From assembly GCA_037834085.1 (NCBI GenBank), contig JBBMKC010230520.1, positions 1 through 32,838 of the forward strand: a DNA stretch of 32,838 nt, written 5' to 3'. Positions 12,641 through 25,500 of this stretch are shown piece by piece (within the stretch, counting starts at the first letter, position 1; every line of letters starts with the position of its first letter). Below the pieces are notes generated by a model that was given only the letters and a program-made list of their open reading frames with translations, did not search any database and had not been told where the DNA came from. A program made the position numbers and the translations under genes. Origin of the DNA: Bipalium vagum (taxonomy: Eukaryota).

Positions 12641-13130
12641 GCGTCTGTGGTTACTATACATAATCTACGTTTTTTCGCTCATTACTGCTCTTTTCAAAAA
12701 TGGATCCATTGCTTCACACTTAAGAAACAAATCTGTTTATGCGTTGAATATCATTTTCTGTAAGCAGATGTGGTACGTATACATTGAGCTTTGAAACATA
12801 ACTTAGACCTTTTAAATGGGCGTGAACTGTGGAATTACGTAGATGTAACATCTTTCCAATTGTCCGACTTGTCAAATGTGAATCTCCTTATCGACAGTTC
12901 TCAGCTTGTCTACAGCATTTTTGATTGGTCTTCCAGAACCCGGCCAATCTAAGGTCGAAATTACCGAAGGAATTTCGAAAATCATGTTTGACATTGCCTT
13001 TGGGTTAAAAGCCTGTTCTCCATATACCACAGATAATTTTCTTCTGGTATTTGCAGCATTACTTCCTTTTCTTAAATAAAACAGTAAAATATGTCGAAAA
13101 AATAAATTTTCAACTTTAATGTTTCAAATT
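12641..13130 (-). mobile_element. Mariner transposase 5' half (pseudogene)
   Basis: FRHILLFYLRKGSNAANTRRKLSVVYGEQA...RQCQT*FSKF...GSGRP...STVHAHLKGLSYVSKLNVYVPHLLTE (WVPHEL motif)...DPFLKRAVMSEKT*IMYSNHRR, truncated where repeat copy A begins. Confidence 0.85.
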
Positions 13131-14629
13131 TCCCACCAAAAGAATTTATTTCACATATTTAAGCAATTTTACATATTAATCATATTTGACATATGGCTTA
13201 ATGTAATCGATATTGAAATTTTTATTAATAACTTGTTTTGATACTTTAAATGATGTCTAAAACTTCAACTCAAAGATATTTCAGATATTTCATATAATCT
13301 TTTATGAAATATATATCCTTTTATTTTGTAATGGATAAATTTCATGTTGGCAAGTTTGTTATTAGACTTTTTAATTAATAAAAACGTTATAATTGTTGTG
13401 ATAATTTTATAAATATATATATTTAAGAATAACATAGAGCCAATTCATAAATAAAATTCTTATCTGATTTTTGTAACCTTTAAGTGTTGTTTTTAAATGA
13501 AAAATAAATTAAACAATTAATTTTTCAATGTTATAGAGAAATTAACGTTTTTGATTCAGTTATATATACGTATATAAGTGATAATTATTTTGACTAAATT
13601 TGATATATAAAAAATCTTGTATTTATATGTATTTATGTATTTATAATTTTTTTTATAAACTTTAGAAAATAATCATTTTTAAAGGTTTTTCTGATATTAT
13701 TTTTATTTTTTCAAGACATTTAAAAATATATTTTACTTTCAATCTTGGAAAATTTGAGGAATCGGGTACTATAGGTGATACCTGTCTTTTATAACAGACA
13801 CATTCATAAAATACAACATTGAATTAAAATAAATCATTTGAATAATTCTAAAATAATTAGTTTTAAATACGTAAACATTTGAAAGGAGTTATAAATAAAA
13901 TATGAAACTTTCATTGGAGAATTATCTTTCGATGATTTAATATTACTACTACTACTACTAATATATAAACATATTAATATATTTCGTCTTCACCGAAACA
14001 ATGTATAAGTAGATTTCATTTAGCATTTCGGAATGTAAAACCATCAAAGAATTTTCAGTCTTTTTTTGCTTACAACCATAAAAAAAGCAATCTTTGTTGC
14101 CTGAAGCACCCATTACAAAATTTAAGTCATTAGTATCTGAAATGCCAACCTAAGAATGGAAACAAAATGCTTCAAATATTGGTTCCATAACATACATATA
14201 TATCTTGACTTTAAAGATGGTTAGTTTGAAAATTAATGTATTTTTTATTTTGTTTGATTTTTTTCAAGTACTAGATTCGAAAACTTTTTCAACTACTTAC
14301 ATATTAATGTTTAAATTAATAATTTCATACAAGAATTCCAGTTTTACTAATTCATGCATAACTATTAGTCTGTATAGTATAATGATATAGTATAATTAAA
14401 TTTTTAAAAAGCTGTACATTTATATAAACATGTAAAGGTATTATTCTTTGAAAATAAGCAAACTATATCTTCACTTAGTATGTCATTTTTAAAGAATAGC
14501 ACAAAAGTAAAAATTGGATAATTTAATATTTTACATGCAAAAGGATTAGTTTTAAGTTTGATACTCATTTGGTATATACAAATTATTAAACTCCATTCAT
14601 GGGTTTTTTTTATACACATTTTTTATTTA

Positions 14630-15779
14630 AGATCATGATAACTGTACTGCGTGGTGGTTTGCGGAACTTAAGTGTGTTGTTGAGTGCAGAGAACATTTAG
14701 AAGCACTTATGGAAAAGAACCACTAGGTCGTGAATGAATTTATCAATGGAAATCTCAGTTTCTGGCAAATGGGGTGTAGAGAAAAAAGAAAGTACTGGAA
14801 GACCGAGTATTTCTAAGAAAAAGATTGATCCTATTCGTCAGAGCTTTTCCAATAATCCAAAGCAATCATTGCGATGTGTAAGCAGGGAATTACAAATATC
14901 GTTTTCTACAGTGCACAAAGTAATCAGTAAGCGCCTTCACCTTTATCCTTACAAAATTCAACTTTTCATAAGTTATATGCGAAGGACAAGATTAATTAAT
15001 TATGCTGGAACAATTAGGTAACGATCCGCATTTCCTTGAAAAAAACCTGTTCACCAATAAGGTAACCTTTCATGTGCCAGGGATTGTAAATAGACATAAT
15101 TTCAGAATATGGGGTTCTTGGAGCCCACATGTTACTTCAGTGCATGAAAGAGATACTCCAAAATTAAATGTGTTGCATGGCCTTTTTTATAATCAAATTA
15201 TAGGTCCTTTCTTCTTTGTGGAGAAAACCATAACAGCTGTAATCTTCCTATGAAGATAACCAAAACAACTGTAACCTTCCTATGATCCAACTTAATATCA
15301 TCAAAAGGCTTCAAGGAAATAACACTTTCATTCTACCACAAAATGGTGAGCTGCCGTACTGGTGTCTATTGGTTCTTTATTTCCTCAATAAATGTTTGTC
15401 TGAAATATGGACAGGAATAGGCGGTTCGATTCTCTGGCCACCACGATCACCGGATTTAATCCCGCTGGATTTTTTCCTCTGGGATTATGTAAAAGATCCC
15501 GTATTCAATCAAAATAGAAAATTTGGAACATTTGAAAAGTAGAATTATGGATATTATTGCAACAGTCACTCCGGAAATGCTGAAAAACACCTGGGCTGAG
15601 ATTGAATACCGGCTTGACACACTACGTGTAACAAATGGCTCCCATCTTTAAATGTATTGATAATGATTAATGTGGTACAAATTTGTTGTTAATTGTCTAT
15701 GTAAATAAATTATGTCATTTATTCATTTCATAATTATAAAAAATTTTCATTTTTGTACGATTCTTTTATCGACACTCTA
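14630..15779 (+). mobile_element. DD41D (rosa/Visitor-type) Tc1/mariner transposon, near full-length pseudogene
   Basis: VQRTFRSTYGKEP...STGRPS...LHLYPYKIQL; LFTNKVTFHVPGIVNRHNFRIWG...IIGPFFF; QNGELP...WPPRSPDLIPLDFFLWDYVKD. I count 41 residues between the second catalytic position (D mutated to N) and the final D. A TIR-like right end lies at ~15755-15779; the left TIR was not identified. Confidence 0.9.
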
Positions 15780-18700
15780 AAAGAATCAAAAAATATGGAC
15801 ACATAAAATAACCAAAACTTTTTTTAATGCTTATTCTAACTAATATATTATTTATTAATTACGATTGAAAAGTTTCACCTACTTGATTTTTAATTATTAT
15901 TGGGTTTATATTTATTTTATTTATGTACTTTATTCAAATTTTTTCAAATGATCTTTTAATTAATTATTATTAAAATTAATTATTAAATAAAAATTCATAA
16001 AATAAAAATTATTATTTTTAAGAAATTTGAATAATAATTTCACAATAAATATGTTAATATAAATAATATAATATACATATATACGAAAACATTAGATTAT
16101 TATTATGAATACAATTTGCAGCTATCCATTAAGAATGTTGTAGTGGTAATATTAAAATCTTAATTTTCTTATTATGGATCAATTTAAACACATACTCTTT
16201 ACCGTATATATAACACAATAAAAAGAATAAAAACAAAAAATCGAAGGTCTCATTTTTAAAAATTGTTATGTTCAAAGTCCTTTTGAAAATTCTATTTCCA
16301 CATTATTTTCCAAAGTTGAAAATTTGTTTCCAATAAATTAATACGAACAACTGATGGATTTTATAAGCTTCGTAACGGTGTAAACAGTAATCGTAAATTT
16401 TGAACACGCTTTATTTCAATTATCAAAGTTGAACAAATATAATTATTTATATTTATTGAAATCAGTATTATCAGTATGGCAAAATCCTCGGAAAATTAAT
16501 CTCTATTTGAAGCTTATTGTATTAATAAAACCAAATCGAATCCAAATTTTGTGGTTTTTGTTAAGCATTAGCCATTTTATGGGTTATTTTGAGTATTGCC
16601 TGAATTAAGCTATTATAAAAATCCTCCTGACTTTCCATATTTTAGTTTGTTCTCACGACCCATAATAATGAAATCTGTTTACAACATTTTTTCTCGTTAT
16701 CTATCTAATACATTCAGACAAATAAAGGCAAGATATTTTTATTTATCTGAAAAAATTTTAAACGAAGAACAAAAGACAAATCAATAATTGTTTTTTTTTA
16801 GAAATTTCATTTTCACTTCACCCTGAAGTCGATAGTTTCCAAGACAGCAAAACTTTTTTTGTTTTAATAAACTGTAAATTTATTTATAGGAGATATGAAT
16901 TAATGTGGCCATTCAATTTCCATTTATAGCATATCGGAATATTCTTCAGTTTTAGTAAATAATTGAAAAATTACGAAAAATTAAAACAGAATCCCGATTA
17001 AATTAAAACTTGCTAATGAATTTATACATGAAAAAATATTATATTATATATATTCCCGTTTCAGTTTCATTTCATTAAGGCAACCTGTGTTTGCTTAACC
17101 GAATTGTAGGTGATTCAGTGGCTATTGTTATGATAATTTTCATATTTGTCGAAGAAGTTTTAGATTTATTATTTTTTTACATATTTTACATTACAGAGTG
17201 TAATTAAAAACCAGACCTATTAAAATGCAGTTTATGTTTCACATAAATTAGTATTACTTTTAACATACAACTCAATAATATTCAGAATAAGGTCCTCGGG
17301 TGATGACGAGATGTGCAGTCTCAATGATTTTAAGGTAAAAATCTATGGACAGTCGTTATAAAGATATATTCACAATTTTGTAAAATCATATAATATTAAT
17401 CTTATTTAAAATATATTGTGTAAACAGTCTGAGGAATACGAGTGATGGATAAAAGTTCAAATTTACAATTATTAAAAAAAATCAGACTTGTCAAATTAAG
17501 TTATTATTAGTGGCGATTGATTTTCTCTTTTATTTCAAAAATTGAATTTGATCGCTTTGTCTCTGAATGTTTAAACAATCTACAAGATACTATCACAAGA
17601 AATGTCATAAAAAACGAACAAGACACGAACAACAATTTTAATGCTGCAAAAAATTTATTGCTCATCCAATAAAATTAGTCTTTTATATTAACACCAGTCA
17701 CCTTTTTTATATGAAAAAAGTATTTATTCTGTGGCTTAACATTTGTTTTCCTCATATTTTATGTTTATATATTATTTAAATTTAAAGATTTTATTTATTA
17801 AAATTTTTTTTTCACAGTGTTACTATTAATTTCCATTTCAAAAATTATTTAAATTTGCTTTGCATTCAAAAATCGTCATAAAAATAGACACATCATTCAA
17901 ACAAAGATTACATAAATTATAAATTATAAATAATTATTAGCTTTATAATTTTGGTTAAGGGTAATTAAATGATATATAGTTTTTATTGATAATCCTCAAA
18001 ATGAATACATTCCTATTTGATGATTTTTTAATTGATGGAACCTCATCAATCAAAACAATTATAATGTTGTTTGAAATTTCTTTATCTTAATATCATTTTT
18101 TGCTTTTTGATTTACGTTAAATTTGACTGAATGAAAATTTCTTGTTTAATATTTTTTCAAATGAAATAAATATAACGTAAAAATTCATAAATTTTTTCCC
18201 AACATAAGGTAAACTACTCAATCCCTTCCATTTTTTAATCGTTGGATAGGTCTCAACACTCTGCGAAGATTAGTGTACCGTAATAGCGGGTTACATTTTC
18301 TGATCGTCAGTATATTATCAGAAAATACAACTGTTAGATCAAATTAGATCAATTAAAATCTCATTGAATGAGGTGCATATGACATCGAAGTTGTATAATT
18401 TATTGTAAAACATTATCAAAAGGAATTCTCTTTAATATATTAAAATTCCATATAATCTATGGAAATTCACATTTTTAATAAACTTAATTGTTCTTTTCAG
18501 TTAATTTTTAAGTTCTCATATTTATTTAAGATAGAAAAGTTAATAAAACAATAGTGACAATATTTTGTTGACTTAAAACAATCATTTAAAGGACATGTGC
18601 ACAATTGCCAAACCTAATCGACAAAGATGAATAAACTTAGATTATCATGTGGTATATAAAGTGAACATTAAAGAAGGACCCCTTTTGTTGATAGTTTTTC

Positions 18701-21694
18701 TGAACTAATTTCTTTGTTTATTTTTATATCAGTGTACGAAAATCAAATTTGGATTTATTTTTTAATTCGATCTACTATTGCTGGTATTAAATAAAACTTA
18801 AAAATCAATAAATATAACATTTCAATTATAAGTATGTTTCAATTACTAGTTAAAGCCTTCTGGAATGGTTGGATAAAGGTGTAAGATCACTATTTCAAAA
18901 ACATTTAACAAAGAAAGAATTATTAATAAAAAATCTTTTAAAATGGTAAAAAGTGATCATGTCAAAAAGACTGTTATATTGATCGAGGAATTGATTTAAT
19001 TTAGTTGTCCAAAAACCAAATGGGCTTGATTCTCAAATCTACTTAAATTAAGGAAATATTTTATAATTATATAACTTTATTACTGCCTTAGAAAACAGAT
19101 ATAAAAATAAGAAAAATAAAAAAATAAACATTTTAAAAATACAAACACCCCTCTATACAAAAATTATAATTATATGGAATTTATGATTTAATAAGGTGAA
19201 ATAATTTTTAAAAATATCTATTATTTTATCAACCTATAAAAAATTGCAAAACCTATTTTAAAATTAAATTATTGATTTCCGATATTTCTGTGCCGATTGA
19301 GCAACCTAAATAATTGGTGTTCTCTGTAACGACGTTTTGTACCAATTAATCATGGAATCTCACTTTGACAAATTGGATTACTAATAGACATATTTCTCAA
19401 GGTGTAGGCCAGAAATATATACCAAATATTTGTCAGAACTGATCTCTGTGTACTAATTCTTTTTAATGGCTTTTATATGATTCATATGTTCATTGAACAC
19501 ATATCTCTTTGATCTACTTTATTTCAGAGCTGGTTTTTAATTTTAATCATATTTGAAAGGTGTTGAAACAATGTTAGTGATGAGAAATAGTGGTATCAAT
19601 ACAAACAAGCTATATTGTGCTACATAGATGATCTATGGATACAGAAATATAAAATATTCATAAAAGAAAAATTAATCAAAGAAAATAAATAACATTTAAT
19701 ATATACAGTCATTCTAAAGCCTACTCTGTGATAGTCATATAATTTTATTATAACGTATTTGTGTGGAATTAAAATTTTGTAATAGAGAATTTCGAACCAG
19801 AGGTTTTAGTATATGATCCAATTTCTACTACTGACATATAAATATAAAGACAGGTTGAGTTGTGGGGATGTGAATTTAGAGTAGGAATATCTCCTTTCGA
19901 GTTAAATTGTAAACTTTTATTTTCATTAGTAATAATACAAAATGAATGTTGAAAAGATTATCTTGATTTCAACTCACCATCGAAAGCCTAAGGAAAAAGA
20001 AAAAATAAACAAAATTTAGGTTGGAGAAGCTAAATCAACCCGGTTTTAAAAATACCATTAGATTTAACTCTCAATGATATATCGAAAATTTTAAATAGAG
20101 ATTACACTCATTCTACAAAGAGTCCGACAATCATATTTCATAAATAAATCAACTATTATTTTATTAGAAAATGGAGCTATCCCTTTGATATCAGCTGTAT
20201 ATGTGTTTGTGAAAGATCAATTTTTTTCACCGAAGTATATAATCGAGGATTTTAAAATGTCCAATTGTGAAAATTATGTTCGATATGTAACCGCAAACAT
20301 TATTCAATGCTTAGGAGGCACAAATGTTTTTGCGGTTTCACTGAAAATCTCTGTAAAATAAGACATGAGTTTGAAATTAACGAATTTTCATTTCTTTTTC
20401 AATTTGTTTTGATTACTTTTTAGACTTTGGCCACCAGTATATATTGTTGCAGTTACGAACGTAATTTCCCTGAATTTTAAAATTCTATTTTTTTTAATAA
20501 AAAACAAAGAAAAACTTTAAACTTGGAAAAAAGGTTTATTTGCTCAATTCAATTATTAAATTGTCATTTTTATAAAAATAACTTTAGACAAATTTCGTGA
20601 TCTTTGTGATCTTGATTTTCAAATTTGATCACTGTATTTTAATTAATTATTGAATTTTAATTGATAGGAATGTTAACTGAACCCAACATTCAACTGGTCT
20701 TTTATTCTGTTTTTCTTTATTTTATTCTATTTTTTTCGTTATTAGAAGAAAAATATATTGATTTTCCAAGTCCCGTTTCTTTCTTAAATTTTATTAAATT
20801 TTTGGACAAAAATGAAAACAAAGTCCCTTTGCCGTATTATAAAATATAATTCACCCTAATTTCGTGGGATTTTATTACTACCTTGATTGATTTTAAGGAA
20901 AGAAAAAATGAAATATTTATTGTCATTTTTCATAATTATATATTTCATATTATTTCATGTGATTTTATGTCTTTGATTGTTTCTAAAGCAAAACAGAGCA
21001 CTATTTTTCTATTGTATTTTATTTCAATACTTTCTCATCCTTATTTAATTTTAGTTTATGGACTAATTTTATTTAATGAACAGCACTTATTAATAACTGA
21101 AAAGTCAAATGAGACCAAAATCACATGATAAAGTATAGGTAAAAATAAATAAAAAAACAAATTTTCAAAAATATAAATTAAATACAAAAATATCTTAATG
21201 GAAGTGGACATTATTAAGCTCTTATCATCAAAGAGGAAATAAATAAAAATGATTTTTTAAAAATTTTAATTTGAGATTTGTAGGAAGTTCATAATTAATT
21301 ATAAAATAATTATAATAATTACAAAATAATTAGTAAACCGAAGACTTCTATCATTATCATGTAATAATCAAGAGATTGTATTTTTAATGATAAAACCAAT
21401 TTTTAATTACAAATATTTTTCATATTAGTCCCAAGGGATTTTAGGAACCACAGATAATGACCTAACGAAATGTTCAAGAGTGAAGAACGGAATTCGAAGT
21501 TCTTAACAGTACATATTGGAATTTTATAAAAAGTCTATTTCCTTACTTTTTAAAATTAAAAATATTAAATATTTTTATTAATCCTTATTATTTTCATTGA
21601 TTTATTATTTCTCAACTTAAATTTTAATTAATAATATCGCATCTAAGAAAAGTAAAATCAGATCTAAAAATGGACAAAATAATATTAATAATAG

Positions 21695-21770
21695 ATAAAT
21701 AATAAATAAAAATAAATAATAAATAAAATTAAATAAAAATAAATAATAAATAAGTATAAATAATAAAAAA
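21695..21770. repeat. Low-complexity (AAAT/AAT)-type tandem repeat
   Basis: Repeated aaataataaataaaa-like units. Confidence 0.6.
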
Positions 21771-22009
21771 ATATCTCAAATAATGTATAAAATGTCTTAA
21801 TATGATTATATTATTTAAAGTTTATATTTTAATATAAATAATATTAATGACAAAATAAGAAATTTCAAGTTTAAATAAAAAAAATTGATAAAATTGTCAT
21901 AATATCTCCATATTTAAGCACGCAGTATTTGAGATCATGATTTTTTAAAGTAGGTGATCTCTCTGAATAGCCAAAATAGCACAATAAGTAAATATTCAAT
22001 TAAGTATTA

Positions 22010-22537
22010 AAAAATATTTGTCCATATTTATTGATTGATTTCACCTTTAAAAGGATTTACCATAGCAAAATTCAGTTTACATTGTGTGTCTGTATTGTGT
22101 GTGCTGCCTTGCCTGTTTTGAGACAGACACACCCACGGATTTCTATTGTCTTTCTTTGAGCACACAATTTCAAAAGCATTTCTATCAATAGACCAAACAG
22201 ATTCGTTTTGATCAATAGCACTACGACTCAATTAAACCAACAAATGAAGTAAGCAAAGTATATTTTGTATTATCATTGAGCAACTAGCTTTATAAAGATC
22301 AATAATCATAAGCGTTATATGGTACAAAATAAACGTTGTAGAAGCAGATACAAAACACAGAGTATCAAAACACTATCTCACATATACACAACATTTTTTT
22401 GTTGTTATCTGTCAAAAGAAATTTACAAAAAACAATTTATAATAACTATAAGTAAATGTGGCATCACAGGAAAAGACAATGGAATCTCCACATTGCCAGT
22501 ATAGTGGGAAGTCTACAATAGCTGTTATTATTGTCTG
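22010..22537 (-). other. Probable 3' UTR of the L1-like gene with AATAAA at 22032-22027
   Basis: Higher-complexity non-coding stretch directly after the TAA stop (22540-22538), ending in a - strand AATAAA followed by AT-only sequence. Confidence 0.45.
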
Positions 22538-25500
22538 TTAAGTCATGGCTCTGTTGCGGGGATTAGCTCCATACTTTCCAATAATTGATCCGTCTTCATT
22601 GAAATTTGCTGAAATAAAAAAAAACCCATTGAAGCTCATTTACCAAAGCGACACAGTCTCAAATCTCACAACATAAAACTACGTTTTTCATATTTTGACA
22701 GATTATTGATTTATGATTAATAAGCCAATAATTGTGCCACAATAATAGAAATATAAAGTTATTCGTTCTATAGCGTTATTAGTCTAAAATTGAGATTGAT
22801 TCAATCTCTAATATCTTATAAGAAATATTGTGTACTAAGTTAATAATTACTAAAGCAATTAATCAATAATAAAAATGAATAACTGGATAATGTACACGTT
22901 ATATTTTTATTTTATTTAAATTAATTAAAAAAAAAGAAGAAGAATTAGAATTAATAATAGCAATAAGTATTAGTAATAATAAGAATTTATAAATTAATAA
23001 TAAGAATTAAAAATGAATAATAGTAATAATAATAGTGATAATAATAATAATAATAATAGTGATAATAATAGTAATAATAATAGTAATAATAATAGTAATA
23101 ATAATAGTAATTCATTTATAATAATAATTAATAAGAAGAATCACAATCCAAGTATTTCTTATTTTTATTATTATTATTATTTATTATTATTATTATTTAT
23201 TAATAATTTTTTGAAAACAGAATTTCAATATAAAGTAAAATTTTGGTAATGTTGACGAATCTTTACCAAAAACCCTTAATGTCAACTGAGAGGAGAAATT
23301 TGAATTAGAATTTTAGGAATTGATCAATAATTTCCACTGACCAATCAGATCTGAACATTTTAAACGAATCTACTCACATGGATCTAAATCATAAACATCC
23401 AATTCTCCGTCATCACCACTACCCACACTATGGCCGGAGATTGATAATTTTCTTTCTTCCGTAAGGTTGGACATGATTTCCAGCTCATGTTCTCTAAAAT
23501 CGAATAAATTCGAGAAAGATGACAGAAAATTAACTCTTACTCTCTTTCATATGGCTTAAATATTTCATCCTGGACTTCTTTTTCGGGATCATATCCATGT
23601 TGTCTTTCAATTTTGTCCACTGAAACAAAGATGAGAAAAATGCAACCAGTTCCATCAACTTACATTGATACGTTTCTCCTTTGTTACGCATGCAATATCG
23701 AGCGAGCAAAATGATCATAATTAGAAGAATAAGTAATACCAAAATAACGGCAATAATCCAGTACACATAAGCCATATCTAAATATTTATAATAATCAGAC
23801 TTATGCGGATATTCATATTTTTATTATTTATGATAATTTCTTTTAACAAGACCTTCCAAATCTTCGATATTTTTATCCTTCATTAAAACATAATTTTATA
23901 TTAAATATTCCAATGAAAATATGAAAGATTTTCCTGATGGATAATTATTTCAATGGTAAAAGAGCTTCCAAATTAGTTTGAGTATAATAATTATTATTAT
24001 AATAATTATTAACTTGTAATAATAATAATAATTAGTATAACTCATTTGGAAACTCTATCAAAGTCATTCGGTGAAATTTCTTTACTGGATTACTTAATTT
24101 ATCAATTTTATACAAAGAGACATAAACTGGACAATTATGACCAACTGATTAAAGAGATAATTGATTATTTTGATAATGGTAATCGTTAATTAAAAATGGA
24201 GATTAATCGTTCGAAACCTTCTTGATTCACGTCTTTTGTTCGTAACTAAATAAAGAAACAAACCACTAAGTGGTCTTGCTTTATGTTTTGCACAAGTTCT
24301 CGAATCATGATCAATAAAAAATATACCGAAATCAAATGATCTTTTGTTTAAATGGGAATTGTAATTAATCAAAAACATGCCAAGAAATTCTTTCAATTCT
24401 ACAATCGACTACTTTACCCTTTTTCTGCTTAAAATCTTCATTTGTTTGAACTTATTATGATTTTGAAAGGTAAACAGATATGAAAATAATTTATTTTATG
24501 TTGAAAGAACCAAGACTATAAAAAGTTTTTTGATTTTGAGAAAAAAGGAAAAAGATCCCTAAATCCTGTTATGAAGACTAATTGATAATATTTAACAATT
24601 TTTTAAAAATACTTTAAAAAAGTAATAAATTTTTTCAAATTACAATATATAAAAATTAAAAAACTAATCAATAATTATATAATATTATCGATTTTTAATT
24701 TGACATTTTCTAAATCTATTTGAACGTATTGTGTCACTTTTTAATATAGAATATTTAGATTTTACGACTCTGAAATGTACATTATATTTTACATTTTTTC
24801 CTACATTACCAAATTTCTAAATTATATTATTAAAAAATTATTGTTATTATTATTATCTAAAAAATTATAATATTAAACATTAAATAATATGTATTTATTA
24901 TCGTAAATTATAAGAGATATAAACTAATTTTTATATAAATAAATAAAAATGAAACTTAATTTGTTTCCAACGATTTCTCCTAATTATTAAAATTAATTAA
25001 TTAATTAATTATTAAATTATTATTAAGAACAATAAAGCACATAAGCAGTTCTCTGTATTCATTTCTAACTTACTAATTGGTTTATAATCAATTGTTATTT
25101 TTGCTTTTAACATATTTCCAAGAGTCATATCATTTCTCGAATAATATATGAACCTCGGTACCGAGTCTGTATGACCTATCAAATCAAGATTGCATTGAAT
25201 GAAATTGTTTCCCAAGGCCACACGAACAGATTCGTCCCTTTTTGTATTGTTCGAACTAATTGGTAATAATGTCAAATCTTTCTGAAATGGAAAAATAAGC
25301 AATTATTCTCACCAGAACGTTTTAATTTCACAGATATCTAACATTAAAAAAAAATTAATTACAGTAATCGGATCGACTTGAAAATAAGGAGCAAACTGAT
25401 TGTCCAGCGAATCTTTTTGTTCCAAACGGTGGCTGTTGATGGTCCAGTAGTGATCTATTGTCAATTCTTTGTGTAAATATTCATCAGTTTTGATTCTACA

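Noticed and set aside
20661-21128. Hydrophobic short ORFs (20661-20849, 20883-21128; also 14205-14390 and 14404-14619)
   Set aside because: F/I/L/K/N-rich translations are expected from AT-rich non-coding DNA; no splice or homology support.
23013-23249. Poly-Asn ORF
   Set aside because: Translation of microsatellites within an intron on the opposite strand.
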